The position numbers and the translations under genes were made by a program. 64,000 bases of DNA from an uncultured Prochlorococcus sp. (GTDB lineage: Bacteria > Cyanobacteriota > Cyanobacteriia > PCC-6307 > Cyanobiaceae). The notes under the pieces were generated by a model. The model had not been told where the DNA came from and searched no databases. It saw only the letters and a list, made by a program, of their open reading frames with translations. Positions 21,310 through 31,804 of the stretch are shown here, piece by piece; positions within the stretch are counted from its first letter, which is position 1; each line of letters opens with the position of its first letter. Where the stretch lies: assembly GCA_902612005.1 (NCBI GenBank), contig CACMCA010000003.1, forward strand, positions 33,756 through 97,755. Direction: 5' to 3'.

Positions 21310-22038
21310 ATGGAGACTCATAAAACTTCTCTTATAATCTTACTTTTGATTTTGATTTTTGCAGTAATTCATAGTGGTGGAGCTGCCTTAAGAATCAAGG
21401 CAGAATCTATTATGGGCCCGAGGTTATGGAGATTATGTTTTGTTTTTTTAAGCTTGCCATCTGCAGTAATCTTAATTAGTTATTTTTTGGCTCATAGATA
21501 TGACGGAATCAGATTATGGAATTTACAGGGTAATAATTTTGTTTTTATGGTGGTTTGGATCTTAACTGCAATAAGTTTTTTATTTTTATATCCCGCTACT
21601 TACAATTTGCTAGAAATTCCGTCGGTTTTAAAACCTAAAGTACGAATTTATGGAACTGGGATAATGAGAATTACAAGACATCCACAAGCATTTGGTCAGA
21701 TAATTTGGTGTTTTGCTCATACTTTATGGCTTGGGACATCATTCACATTAATAACTTCTATTGGCTTAATTTTGCATCATCTTTTTGCAATTTGGCATGG
21801 GGATAGGAGATTATCAAATAGATTTGGAGAAGAATTTGAAAAGTTTAAAAAAAATACTTCGATTATCCCTTTTATGGCAATACTGGAAGGGAGACAAGAA
21901 TTTAAGTTTAGAGAATTCTTTAGGTTATCTCAACTTGGTATATTGATCGCAATAGGAGTAATTTGGTGGTCTCATCAGTACATTAATATTGCTGTTAAAA
22001 CATTTAATTCATCATTTTTGTCTGAATTTTTCAATTGA
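21310..22038 (+). CDS. NnrU-family membrane protein, 15-cis-zeta-carotene isomerase (Z-ISO)-like
   Basis: FAVIHSGGAALR, HRYDG, YPATYNLLEI, GIMRITRHPQ, WHGDRRL, TSIIPF. Confidence 0.82.
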   Translation: METHKTSLIILLLILIFAVIHSGGAALRIKAESIMGPRLWRLCFVFLSLPSAVILISYFLAHRYDGIRLWNLQGNNFVFMVVWILTAISFLFLYPATYNLLEIPSVLKPKVRIYGTGIMRITRHPQAFGQIIWCFAHTLWLGTSFTLITSIGLILHHLFAIWHGDRRLSNRFGEEFEKFKKNTSIIPFMAILEGRQEFKFREFFRLSQLGILIAIGVIWWSHQYINIAVKTFNSSFLSEFFN

Positions 22039-22071
22039 CAGTTTAAAATCAAGATACAAATATTTCAAAAC

Positions 22072-24090
22072 ATGCCTCAAGCTTCAGAAATTGCCTGGAT
22101 AATTCCTGTTTTCCCACTTATTGGAGCAGTTCTTTCTGGCTTAGGACTAATAAGCATCAACAAGAAAATCAATAATTCAAGAGAAATTGTTTCTGTAGGT
22201 CTGATTTCTTTTGTTGGGATTTCTGCAGTAATTAGTTATAAAGCTCTAATTGAACAAGTTAATGGTTATCAATCAGTAGAGAAATTATTCGTATGGGCCA
22301 ATGCTGGTGATTTCACAATTCCAATGGGATTTGTTCTTGATCCTTTGGGAAGTGTAATGCTTGCATTAGTAACTACAATAACTTTGCTGGTAATGATTTA
22401 CTCGCATGGTTATATGTCGCATGACAAGGGTTATGTCAGATTTTTTACATATTTAGCATTATTTAGTAGTTCAATGATGGGATTAATAGTTAGTCCGAAT
22501 TTATTAGAAATTTATGTTTTTTGGGAATTAGTTGGGATGTGTTCTTACTTATTGGTTGGTTTTTGGTATGACAGGGATGGCGCTGCACACGCTGCACAAA
22601 AAGCATTTGTTGTTAATAGAGTTGGAGATTTTGGATTATTATTGGGAATTCTTGGCTTATTTTGGGCAACAAATAGTTTTGATTTTAATGAAATAGCTAC
22701 TGGAATTTCTCAATCAATATCTGACAATTCGATACCCATTTGGGCTGCTTTGTTACTTTGTTTTTTAGTTTTTTTAGGGCCAATGGCAAAATCTGCTCAG
22801 TTTCCTCTTCATGTGTGGTTGCCTGATGCGATGGAAGGCCCGACACCTATTTCTGCACTTATCCATGCTGCAACAATGGTTGCTGCAGGAATATTTCTTG
22901 TAGCAAGACTTCAACCTTTGTATTCATTATTTCCTTCAATTCAGTTCATTATTGCTTTAGTTGGCACTATAACTTGTTTTTTAGGAGCTTCTATAGCTTT
23001 GACCCAAATGGATTTAAAAAAAGGTTTAGCTTATAGCACAGTTTCTCAGCTTGGTTATATGATGCTGGCAATGGGTTGTGGAGCACCAGTAGCAGGAATT
23101 TTTCATCTAGTGACTCATGCTTGCTTTAAAGCAATGCTATTTTTGGGGTCAGGGTCAGTAATACATGCTATGGAAGAAGTAGTTGGCCATCAGCCCGTAT
23201 TAGCTCAAGATATGAGATTGATGGGCGGTTTAAGAAAAAAAATGCCATTTACATCAACAACATTTTTAATAGGTTGTGTGGCAATTAGTGGAATTCCACC
23301 ATTGGCAGGTTTTTGGAGTAAAGACGAGATACTAGGAAATGCTTTTATATCATTTCCAGCTTTTTGGTTCGTAGGACTTCTAACAGCTGGTATGACTGCT
23401 TTTTATATGTTTAGACTTTATTTTTTGACATTTGAAGGAGATTTTAGAGGGGAGAACAAAGAATTGCAAAAAGAGCTTCTCATAGCCTCTAAAACAAACC
23501 TAGATGAAGAACATGAAGAACATGAAGAACATGGCTCTATTCATGAGTCACCTTGGTCAATGACATTTCCCTTGGTATTTTTAGCTGTACCCTCTGTAAT
23601 TATCGGTTTTATGGGACTTCCATGGGATAGCAAAATTGCAAATTTACTAGATCCTGAAGAAGCAGAAACTGTTTCTACAGCCTTCGAATTAAAAGAATTT
23701 TTGCCTTTAGCAATAGCGTCAGTTCTTATTGCATCAGCTGGAATCATTATTGCTTATCAGGCATATTTTGCGAAAAAAATTAATTTATCTGTTTTATTTG
23801 CCGAAAAGTTTCCTAGTATCAATCAATTTTTATCTAATAAATGGTATCTAGATGATATCAATGAAAAACTTTTTGTTAAGGGTAGTAGAAAACTTGCTAA
23901 AGAAGTCTTAGAAGTTGATTCTAAGGTCGTAGATGGTGTCGTTAATCTCACAGGACTTGTAACTTTAGGTAGTGGAGAAGGTTTGAAATATTTTGAGACT
24001 GGCAGGGCTCAATTTTACGCGCTCATTATTTTTGGAGGAGTTATTCTATTAGTTGCCATATTTGGTTTTCAATCTCCTCAAGTATCTTAA
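22072..24090 (+). CDS. ndhF: NDH-1 subunit F1
   Basis: AKSAQFPLHVWLPDAMEGPTPISALIHAATMV, NRVGD, FWSKD. Confidence 0.97.
   Translation: MPQASEIAWIIPVFPLIGAVLSGLGLISINKKINNSREIVSVGLISFVGISAVISYKALIEQVNGYQSVEKLFVWANAGDFTIPMGFVLDPLGSVMLALVTTITLLVMIYSHGYMSHDKGYVRFFTYLALFSSSMMGLIVSPNLLEIYVFWELVGMCSYLLVGFWYDRDGAAHAAQKAFVVNRVGDFGLLLGILGLFWATNSFDFNEIATGISQSISDNSIPIWAALLLCFLVFLGPMAKSAQFPLHVWLPDAMEGPTPISALIHAATMVAAGIFLVARLQPLYSLFPSIQFIIALVGTITCFLGASIALTQMDLKKGLAYSTVSQLGYMMLAMGCGAPVAGIFHLVTHACFKAMLFLGSGSVIHAMEEVVGHQPVLAQDMRLMGGLRKKMPFTSTTFLIGCVAISGIPPLAGFWSKDEILGNAFISFPAFWFVGLLTAGMTAFYMFRLYFLTFEGDFRGENKELQKELLIASKTNLDEEHEEHEEHGSIHESPWSMTFPLVFLAVPSVIIGFMGLPWDSKIANLLDPEEAETVSTAFELKEFLPLAIASVLIASAGIIIAYQAYFAKKINLSVLFAEKFPSINQFLSNKWYLDDINEKLFVKGSRKLAKEVLEVDSKVVDGVVNLTGLVTLGSGEGLKYFETGRAQFYALIIFGGVILLVAIFGFQSPQVS
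23504..23533 (+). repeat. 3 x 9-bp perfect tandem repeat in ndhF (EEH)3
   Basis: (GAAGAACAT)3 at 23506-23532. Confidence 0.9.
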
Positions 24091-24175
24091 TTACAATTGT
24101 GTGTCTTCACTGTCCATTGGGATGAAAAAATACAGAAAATTTCTAGACTTTATTTAAGATAAATTTCTTATTAAA

Positions 24176-25816
24176 TTGAGTACTTATTTTTTTACAGATT
24201 TTGCGCCACATATGCTGGGAACTTTGGGAGCTGGATTGTCTAACATCCCTTGGTTATCTGCCTCAATTTTATTCCCAATTGGTAGTGCATTTGTGATACC
24301 TTTTTTCCCTGATAAAGGCGATGGTAAAGAGGTGAGATGGTTTGCATTGTCTATTGCATTAATAACTTTTTTAATAACTGTGGGTTCATATATAAATGGC
24401 TTTGACATTAATAGTAAAGATGTTCAACTGAAAGAAAATATTAGTTGGCTCCCTGATTTAGGTCTTACTTGGTCTGTTGGTGCTGATGGCATGTCTATGC
24501 CGTTAATATTATTAACTAGTTTTATAACTGCTTTAGCAGTTCTTGCTGCATGGCCAGTAAAGTTCAAACCAAAGTTATTTTTCTTTTTGATATTGGTTAT
24601 GGATGGTGGGCAAATTGCTGTATTCGCAGTACAAGATATGCTTTTATTCTTTCTCACTTGGGAACTTGAGTTAATTCCCGTTTATTTATTATTGGCAATA
24701 TGGGGTGGAAAAAATCGACAATATGCAGCAACAAAATTCATTATTTATACAGCTGGCAGTTCTATCTTCATTCTTATAGCAGCGTTAGCAATGGGTTTCT
24801 ATGGTACAGAAATTCCTAACTTTGAGTTCTCTCACTTGGCAGCTCAAGATTTTAGTCAAAAATTCCAAATATTATGTTATGTGGGGCTTTTAATTGCTTT
24901 TGGAGTGAAACTACCAATAGTACCTCTTCATACTTGGCTTCCAGATGCTCATGGAGAGGCTACAGCTCCTGTTCATATGCTTCTAGCAGGCATTTTATTA
25001 AAGATGGGAGGATATGCTCTTTTAAGATTTAATGCACAATTATTACCCGTTGCGCATGCTCAATTTGCCCCATTATTAATAGTTCTAGGGGTAGTCAATA
25101 TAATTTATGCTGCATTAACTTCTTTTGCTCAAAGAAATCTTAAAAGAAAAATTGCATACAGTTCGATAAGTCATATGGGTTTCGTTCTTATTGGGATAGG
25201 TAGTTTTAGTAGCCTTGGAACAAGTGGAGCTATGCTCCAAATGGTTAGTCATGGATTAATTGGCGCAAGTTTATTTTTTCTTGTGGGTGCTACCTATGAC
25301 AGAACAAAGACTCTTAAACTTGATGAAATGAGTGGTGTTGGACAAAAAATGAGAATCATGTTTGCCCTATGGACTGCTTGCTCCCTGGCTTCCTTGGCTT
25401 TACCTGGTATGAGTGGATTTGTTTCCGAATTAATGGTATTTACAGGATTTGTTACTGATGAAGTATATACGCTTCCCTTTAGGGTAGTGATGGCCTCATT
25501 AGCCGCTATAGGTGTTATTCTCACCCCTATTTATTTACTTTCAATGTTACGAGAAATTTTCTTTGGTAAAGAAAATCCTAAATTAATCGAAGAAAGAAAA
25601 CTCATAGATGCAGAGCCAAGGGAGGTTTATATCATTGCCTGTTTACTATTACCTATTATTGGAATAGGTTTGTACCCAAGATTAGTTACTGAAAGTTATA
25701 TTGCATCTATCAATAATTTAGTCGATAGAGATTTAACTGCAGTCAAAAGCGTTGTGAAAACAAATATTTTTTCAGGAACTAAAAAAAATAACATCCTAAA
25801 AGCTCCGACAATATAA
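24176..25816 (+). CDS. ndhD: NDH-1 subunit D1
   Basis: [35 protein letters not shown]. Start may be ATG at 24212. Confidence 0.96.
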   Translation: MSTYFFTDFAPHMLGTLGAGLSNIPWLSASILFPIGSAFVIPFFPDKGDGKEVRWFALSIALITFLITVGSYINGFDINSKDVQLKENISWLPDLGLTWSVGADGMSMPLILLTSFITALAVLAAWPVKFKPKLFFFLILVMDGGQIAVFAVQDMLLFFLTWELELIPVYLLLAIWGGKNRQYAATKFIIYTAGSSIFILIAALAMGFYGTEIPNFEFSHLAAQDFSQKFQILCYVGLLIAFGVKLPIVPLHTWLPDAHGEATAPVHMLLAGILLKMGGYALLRFNAQLLPVAHAQFAPLLIVLGVVNIIYAALTSFAQRNLKRKIAYSSISHMGFVLIGIGSFSSLGTSGAMLQMVSHGLIGASLFFLVGATYDRTKTLKLDEMSGVGQKMRIMFALWTACSLASLALPGMSGFVSELMVFTGFVTDEVYTLPFRVVMASLAAIGVILTPIYLLSMLREIFFGKENPKLIEERKLIDAEPREVYIIACLLLPIIGIGLYPRLVTESYIASINNLVDRDLTAVKSVVKTNIFSGTKKNNILKAPTI

Positions 25817-25939
25817 TTTTTTAAATTAATGCAATATTGTTTGGCATAAAATAAATTAAAAGATATCTTGTGAGTAGATTTTATCTATTTTAAAATATCT
25901 TATTTCAATCCTATTGATAGGCAACAATTAGGCCCTAGA

Positions 25940-26761
25940 TTGTTGATTAAGTTTCTTCAAGATGCCGCAGGAAAAGGTGAGCTTGATCCATGGGATATTG
26001 ATGTAATAAGTGTAATTGATAGCTTTTTAGATCAATACTCACATGCTTTCAATAAATCTTCAAATAGTCAGATCTCATATCATAAGGATTTAGCGGAGAC
26101 AAGCGAAGCATTTTTTGCTGCTTCCGTACTGGTGAATTTAAAAGCTCAGGTTTTGGAATCTGATGTGTTTAAAGAAAATTCTTCAGATTTTGAAGATGAA
26201 TTTGAATTGGATGATCAAGATTGGATTGATAAAGAATTTGATATCCCAAAATATCCTGAAAAATATCTAAGGAGAAGATCAATTGCACAACCAATTCTTA
26301 AACGTACAACAACATTGGGAGAGCTTGTAAGTCAGTTAGAGTCCATAGCAGAAGTTATAGAAACCCAAGATCTTCTTCTCATGAAGCGAAAAAGAAATAA
26401 AAAATATTCTGATAAGGCTTTAATTTCTCAAGTAAAATCTTTAGCACATCGCGAGAAACTCCCAGAAACGACTAAAGCATTAGGAAAATTTATTGACGGA
26501 TGGGAAAAAGCATTACAGTGGACGGATTTTGAATATTTAGTCAAGAAATGGCAAAAAGTTGTAAAAAATGATTTAGATAAAGATCGTTTGGGAGTTTTTT
26601 GGGCTTTGTTATTTTTATCATCTGAAAACAAAATTGAAATTAAACAAATTAATTCCTTATATGGACCAATTCAAATTAAAAGAATAATTCCTGAGGGTGG
26701 CGTAGCTCAATTGCCTATAGAAAATCTTGAGGTAAGTAATGCTTTTTCCTCGGGTACCTAG
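25940..26761 (+). CDS. scpA: Segregation and condensation protein A
   Basis: GELDPWDIDV, AASVLVNLKA, VFWALLFL..E.KIEIKQ..LYG. Confidence 0.85.
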   Translation: MLIKFLQDAAGKGELDPWDIDVISVIDSFLDQYSHAFNKSSNSQISYHKDLAETSEAFFAASVLVNLKAQVLESDVFKENSSDFEDEFELDDQDWIDKEFDIPKYPEKYLRRRSIAQPILKRTTTLGELVSQLESIAEVIETQDLLLMKRKRNKKYSDKALISQVKSLAHREKLPETTKALGKFIDGWEKALQWTDFEYLVKKWQKVVKNDLDKDRLGVFWALLFLSSENKIEIKQINSLYGPIQIKRIIPEGGVAQLPIENLEVSNAFSSGT

Positions 26762-26807
26762 AAGCTTAATAGTAATAACGTATAATTTTAAAAAAGGTTT
26801 TGAATTT

Positions 26808-27986
26808 ATGAAGGCAATGATACTTGCGGCAGGGAAAGGAACACGTGTTCAGCCTATTACTCATGTTATTCCGAAACCGATGATTCCGATTTTACAAAAA
26901 CCTGTTATGGAGTTTCTTTTGGAACTTTTAAGAGAACATAACTTTAAGGAAATAATGGTAAATGTTTCACATCTAGCTGAAGAAATTGAAAATTATTTTA
27001 GGGATGGGCAAAGATTTGGAGTTGAAATTGCTTATAGTTTTGAGGGAAGAATTGAAGATGGGGAATTAATTGGTGATGCTTTAGGATCCGCAGGCGGATT
27101 AAAAAAAATTCAGGATTTTCAAAATTTTTTTGATGAAACTTTCGTTGTTTTATGTGGTGATGCTTTAGTTGATTTAGATTTAACTCAAGCTGTTAAAAAA
27201 CATAAGCAAAAAGGAGCTATTGCGAGCTTGATAACAAAGAAGGTAACAAAAGATCAAGTATCCAGTTACGGTGTTGTAGTTTCTGATGAAAATGGAAGAA
27301 TAAAGGCCTTTCAGGAAAAGCCATCAGTTGATCAAGCTTTAAGTGACTCTATAAATACGGGAATTTATCTCTTTGAACCTGAAATTTTTAATTACATACC
27401 CTCAGCCGAGAAATTTGATATTGGAGCTGATCTTTTTCCTAAACTTGTTGAAATGAATTTACCATTTTTTGCATTACCAATGGATTTTGAATGGGTAGAT
27501 ATTGGAAAAGTTCCTGATTATTGGAGTGCTATTAGAAATGTATTGCAAGGTAAGGTAAGACAAGTGCAAATACCAGGTAAGGAAATTAAACCAGGAGTTT
27601 TTACCGGTTTGAATGTAGCGGCTAACTGGGAAAAAGTTAATATTACCGGGCCGGTTTATATAGGAGGCATGACTAGAATAGAGGATGGAGCAACTATTAT
27701 TGGCCCCTCGATGATTGGACCAAGTTGTTGCATTTGCGAGGGAGCAACTATAGATAACTCAATTATTTTTGATTATTCTAAAATTGGCAAAGGTGTACGA
27801 CTTATGGATAAGTTAGTGTTTGGTAAATATTGTGTAGGGAAAAATGGAGATCATTTTGATTTGCAAGATGCATCTTTAGATTGGTTAATAGCAGATTCAA
27901 GAAGATCTGATTTAACTGAGCCATCACCTCAGCAGAAAGCTATGGCAGAATTATTAGGTACTGATTTAATTAATATTCCAGATTAA
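26808..27986 (+). CDS. Sugar-phosphate nucleotidyltransferase, CugP-like (cyanobacterial UDP-glucose pyrophosphorylase)
   Basis: MKAMILAAGKGTR...PKP, FQEKP, C-terminal left-handed beta-helix. ATG at 26808. Confidence 0.85.
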   Translation: MKAMILAAGKGTRVQPITHVIPKPMIPILQKPVMEFLLELLREHNFKEIMVNVSHLAEEIENYFRDGQRFGVEIAYSFEGRIEDGELIGDALGSAGGLKKIQDFQNFFDETFVVLCGDALVDLDLTQAVKKHKQKGAIASLITKKVTKDQVSSYGVVVSDENGRIKAFQEKPSVDQALSDSINTGIYLFEPEIFNYIPSAEKFDIGADLFPKLVEMNLPFFALPMDFEWVDIGKVPDYWSAIRNVLQGKVRQVQIPGKEIKPGVFTGLNVAANWEKVNITGPVYIGGMTRIEDGATIIGPSMIGPSCCICEGATIDNSIIFDYSKIGKGVRLMDKLVFGKYCVGKNGDHFDLQDASLDWLIADSRRSDLTEPSPQQKAMAELLGTDLINIPD

Positions 27987-28860
27987 GATCAGCTTTTTCA
28001 ATAATTTCAGGAATTAAATGCTCTGCCTTTACGGCCATTAGATGAACACCATTTGCGATATTAATAAAATCATGAGCTTGTTCAGCTGCAATTTTAATAC
28101 CTTCCTTTAAAGGTTCTTTAGCATCTTTCAGGCGATTTAAGATATTTTCAGGTATGTTTGCGCCTGGAACGTATTTGTTTATGAAGAGAGCGTTTTTGTA
28201 AGACTTCAATAGGAATACACCCGCAATTACAGGAATTTCAAGAGGATTGCTAATTTTTTCACAAAATTCTATCAAATTTTCTTTTTCCATAACCATTTGA
28301 GTTTGTATAAATCCAGCTCCAGCCTCTTTTTTCTGTCGCATTCTATTCTCTAAACTTCTTTGATTTCTGCAACTAGGATCAGCTGCAGCGCCTGCAAAAA
28401 TAAATGTTTTTTTGTCGGAAAGTTCTCCTAGAGTAGGATCGATTCCTTTATTAAAGGCCTGAATTTGTTTAAGCAATCTAACTGACTCAAAATCATGTAC
28501 TGCCTTAGCATCTTGTTGATCCCCAACTTTTACAGAATCACCCGTAATGCATAAGATGTTTCTAATTCCTAAAGCATTTGCTCCAAGGATGTCGGATTGT
28601 AAAGCAATTTTATTACGATCTCTGCAAGATATTTGCATTACTGGTTCTATTCCATTTTCCAGTAATAGTTTAGACATTGCCAAGCTGCACATTCTCATTA
28701 CAGCTCTACTTCCGTCAGTAATGTTAACAGCATGTACCTTATCTTTCAAAAGTTGTGCTATCTTAAGAGATCTTATGGGGTCCCCACCCCTTGGCGGCAT
28801 TAACTCTGCCGTTATTACCTTAGATCTCTTTTCTAAAGTCTGCTGAAGTTTTGATTTCAA
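27970..28860 (-). CDS. metF: 5,10-methylenetetrahydrofolate reductase
   Basis: TAELMPP, NITD, CRDRN, TGD, QKKEAGAGFIQTQ. Confidence 0.93.
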   Translation of the reverse strand: MKSKLQQTLEKRSKVITAELMPPRGGDPIRSLKIAQLLKDKVHAVNITDGSRAVMRMCSLAMSKLLLENGIEPVMQISCRDRNKIALQSDILGANALGIRNILCITGDSVKVGDQQDAKAVHDFESVRLLKQIQAFNKGIDPTLGELSDKKTFIFAGAAADPSCRNQRSLENRMRQKKEAGAGFIQTQMVMEKENLIEFCEKISNPLEIPVIAGVFLLKSYKNALFINKYVPGANIPENILNRLKDAKEPLKEGIKIAAEQAHDFINIANGVHLMAVKAEHLIPEIIEKADLNLEY

Positions 28861-28937
28861 TTGCTTTTGTTTCCTAGTTGGTTAACAAGTGTACTGAGAT
28901 TGCTAAACTTAATTAATATAAAAAAGGAACTGTTTAA

Positions 28938-29216
28938 ATGCAAATGGTTGAAGAAGAAGTAAACAACATTGATATGATGGGTCTCTCAGCAAGAGAGATG
29001 GAAATCATCGATCTCGTAGCTGATGGGCTTACAAATCAAGAAATTGCGGTCAAACTAACTATTAGTAAAAGAACTGTTGATAATCATGTAAGTAATATGT
29101 TTACTAAAACTGGTTCTAAAAACAGAGTAGCACTTTTGAATTGGGCAATGGATAACGGAAAGATATGTAGAGATGGATTTAATTGTTGTTCACTTCCAGA
29201 CTCTGATCAAGATTAG
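28938..29216 (+). CDS. pedR: Small stand-alone LuxR HTH regulator, PedR-like
   Basis: LSAREMEII.LVADGLTNQEIA..L.ISKRTV.NHVSN followed by a C-x5-CC tail. No receiver domain. Confidence 0.8.
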   Translation: MQMVEEEVNNIDMMGLSAREMEIIDLVADGLTNQEIAVKLTISKRTVDNHVSNMFTKTGSKNRVALLNWAMDNGKICRDGFNCCSLPDSDQD

Positions 29217-29367
29217 TAAACCCCTTTTCTTTTTTTTGATCATTAGCCAAATCCATCAAACAATAATTTGTACAACTTAATTCGAAGAGTTCAGCATATG
29301 CAATACATGCCTCTTTATCTGAATCAACAAATCTCAATACACCTTCTTTATCGTAAAGACCATACAT
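29179..29367 (-). CDS. Small hypothetical protein (62 aa)
   Basis: ATG ORF filling the gap between pedR and the CYTH gene. Protein-like sequence MYGLYDKEGVLRFV..DKEACIAYAELF. Confidence 0.6.
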   Translation of the reverse strand: MYGLYDKEGVLRFVDSDKEACIAYAELFELSCTNYCLMDLANDQKKEKGFTNLDQSLEVNNN

Positions 29368-29400
29368 CTGAAGAAAATGAAAATTACGTTAGTTAAATAT

Positions 29401-29431
29401 AAAAAAAATATAAAGGATAAGTGGCTCCTTT
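29401..29431 (-). terminator. Probable rho-independent terminator of the ndhAIGE-nadK-CYTH run
   Basis: Minus strand reads AAAGGA-GCCACTTA-TCCTTT, then ATA and T8, starting just after the CYTH stop. Confidence 0.55.
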
Positions 29432-29433
29432 GA

Positions 29434-29931
29434 CTAGTTACTTTTGAAAGTTTTCAAATAGTTTTCTTTCCACAGGGAAAAAGGATTATTTGCGAGACTA
29501 AAATTTGAGTAATGTTTCAGCCCAGTAATTTCTTTTGAAATGAAAGATGGAAGAAATAAATCTTCCTCTTCATTAGAAAGTTCGATTTCTGCAATTTCAA
29601 GTGGATAATTATTGTCTTTAAAGCAATCTATAATCCAAGATTTTTTTTCAACCTCTAAAAAGAATCTTTCTTTTTTAATTGTACTTGAAAGATTTGACAT
29701 TATTTTTTCAGCATCACTTCGCGGAATGGGGTATTCAAATTCAAAGTTGGTAAAGCCTTTGATATGTTTTTTAAGTGCAATTTTAGAGTTTTTGCCTTCA
29801 AACCTTATTCGAATAATCCAACCATCTAAGCTTTTGGATAAATATCCTTGTTCAATATAAATTTTTTTAGTTATGAATTCTTTCCAATTGTCATTTTTTA
29901 TAAGAAATCTTCTTTCTATTTCTAAGGCCAT
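29434..29931 (-). CDS. CYTH-domain (triphosphate tunnel) protein
   Basis: EIERRFL, QGYL, EFEY, IAEIEL. Confidence 0.9.
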   Translation of the reverse strand: MALEIERRFLIKNDNWKEFITKKIYIEQGYLSKSLDGWIIRIRFEGKNSKIALKKHIKGFTNFEFEYPIPRSDAEKIMSNLSSTIKKERFFLEVEKKSWIIDCFKDNNYPLEIAEIELSNEEEDLFLPSFISKEITGLKHYSNFSLANNPFSLWKENYLKTFKSN

Positions 29932-30843
29932 TTAATTTTTTGGATTTTTTTTAGATAAATCACCTTTCCAATCTAGTTTTTTTATTAGAGTATTGTAGTA
30001 ATTAGTGCTTTTTTTAAACTTTATTATTTTGCAAGGTGATGGACCTTTTTTGATCTCACAATAATAAGTTTCTTTAATGGTCATACATTTTGAACCGTCT
30101 CTCCATAATTTAATTTCACCTTTACTTTTTTTTACTGGTTTAATTATTACCTTGCTTGTATTTGGTATAACTATTGGTCTGCTAGCTAAACTCATCGGGC
30201 ATATCGGGTTAATTATCATTGCATCTATAGTAGGGTGCACAATTGGACCACCTGCAGCCATTGAGTAGGCTGTTGAACCAGTAGATGTAGATATGATTAA
30301 TCCATCACCTTTATATTCATTCACTTTTTCGTTATCTATTTCAATTTGTATTTGGTTGGTAGGCGAAATGTCTTCTTCAACAGATTTAAAATAAAAATCA
30401 TTTAAGGCGTCGTAACTTTTTATAATATTATTCTCAGAATTTGTCCCGTTAATACAGACATTACAATTTAATCTATTACGAAAGTCAATTGTATATTCTC
30501 CGTTTTCAAGGATTTCAATAAAAGATTTGTCAAACAAAAAATCTTTTTCTTGCGTGAGGAACCCCAAATTACCACCAATATTAATACTCAATAAAGGAAT
30601 ATCATAATCAGCTAAGGCATTTGCACATTTTAGGAAGGTTCCATCCCCACCAAGAACTATGCCAATATTTGGTTGCAATTCTGGGTTACAAAGATATTTT
30701 TCGATTTCATCTTTATGAAAATCACTTTCAATTCTGTTTGATTTAATATTTTTAGCCTTAAGGACTTCTTCGCAGAATTTAGAAGCCTCTTTAGCTATGG
30801 AACTATCTGAACGATATACAATAAGCACTAATGAAAGTTTCAT
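29932..30843 (-). CDS. nadK: NAD kinase
   Basis: [37 protein letters not shown]. Confidence 0.96.
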   Translation of the reverse strand: MKLSLVLIVYRSDSSIAKEASKFCEEVLKAKNIKSNRIESDFHKDEIEKYLCNPELQPNIGIVLGGDGTFLKCANALADYDIPLLSINIGGNLGFLTQEKDFLFDKSFIEILENGEYTIDFRNRLNCNVCINGTNSENNIIKSYDALNDFYFKSVEEDISPTNQIQIEIDNEKVNEYKGDGLIISTSTGSTAYSMAAGGPIVHPTIDAMIINPICPMSLASRPIVIPNTSKVIIKPVKKSKGEIKLWRDGSKCMTIKETYYCEIKKGPSPCKIIKFKKSTNYYNTLIKKLDWKGDLSKKNPKN

Positions 30844-30852
30844 TTAATGCTT

Positions 30853-31173
30853 TTACCATTTTAATAAATTAAAACTTTCCATATCAACAGTTACCCTATT
30901 CCTGTAAAGAGATAATAGTATAGCTAGTCCAACGGCTGCTTCAGCTGCAGCAACAGTAATTACAAAAATTGTAAAAACTTGTCCTTGAATAAGATTATTA
31001 TCAACATAGGAAGAAAACGTCATCAAGTTTATATTTACTGCATTGAGCATTAATTCAATGCTCATAAGAACTCTGACTGCATTTCTGCTATTTAATAATC
31101 CCCAAATACCAATGCAGAATAGTGCTGAAGATACTATTAAAAAGGCTTGAATAGGAATTGATTCTAAATTCAT
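30853..31173 (-). CDS. ndhE: NDH-1 subunit E (NuoK)
   Basis: SRNAVRVLMSIELMLN, AAAEAAVGLA. Confidence 0.97.
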   Translation of the reverse strand: MNLESIPIQAFLIVSSALFCIGIWGLLNSRNAVRVLMSIELMLNAVNINLMTFSSYVDNNLIQGQVFTIFVITVAAAEAAVGLAILLSLYRNRVTVDMESFNLLKW

Positions 31174-31191
31174 AATAAAAAATTTGAAAGG

Positions 31192-31791
31192 TTAATTTTT
31201 ATTTGTAAGTAATGGTTCTGATGATTTTTCAATTAACTCTTGGTCAACAGGTAAACCTGTTGAAATATCCTTGCTCATTACATCTCTTCTAGCCAAAACA
31301 ATAGCCCCAATCATTGCCATTAAAAGTAAAACTGAAGCTACTTCAAATGGGAGTAAGTAATCACTAAATAAATGTTCACCGATTCTGATAGTTGATTCTT
31401 CTCCTATAGAATTTTGAGGACTTGTTAGGCTCCATACATTTGTCAAATCAACTCTTATTAAGAGGCTTAGTAACGTTAAACATATCGATGTTGATATAAT
31501 TCTTCTTGATTTAATGTCATTGATGGGCTTTAAATCTTCTTTTTTATTGACTAGCATTATTGCGAAGATTATTAATACATTAACTGCGCCTACATAAACT
31601 AGAACTTGTGCTGCAGCAACAAAACTTGCATTTAAAAGAAGATATAATCCTGCCACGCTCATGAAAACTCCCCCTAGAAGAAAGGCTGAATAAACAATAC
31701 TTTCTAGCAATACAACACCAAGTGCTCCAATAAGGATTACTAAAGAAAGAATCGTAAAACAAATAAATTGAGTTGTTATTGCAATGGACAT
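31192..31791 (-). CDS. ndhG: NDH-1 subunit G (NuoJ)
   Basis: AAQVLVYVGAVNVL, YLLPFEVASVLLL. Confidence 0.97.
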   Translation of the reverse strand: MSIAITTQFICFTILSLVILIGALGVVLLESIVYSAFLLGGVFMSVAGLYLLLNASFVAAAQVLVYVGAVNVLIIFAIMLVNKKEDLKPINDIKSRRIISTSICLTLLSLLIRVDLTNVWSLTSPQNSIGEESTIRIGEHLFSDYLLPFEVASVLLLMAMIGAIVLARRDVMSKDISTGLPVDQELIEKSSEPLLTNKN

Positions 31792-31804
31792 AAATTAATG
31801 GAAA

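Noticed and set aside
26696-26730. tRNA-like GGTGGCGTAGCTCAATTG inside scpA
   Set aside because: No anticodon arm, T-arm (GTTCRA) or matching acceptor strand. It simply encodes GGVAQL.
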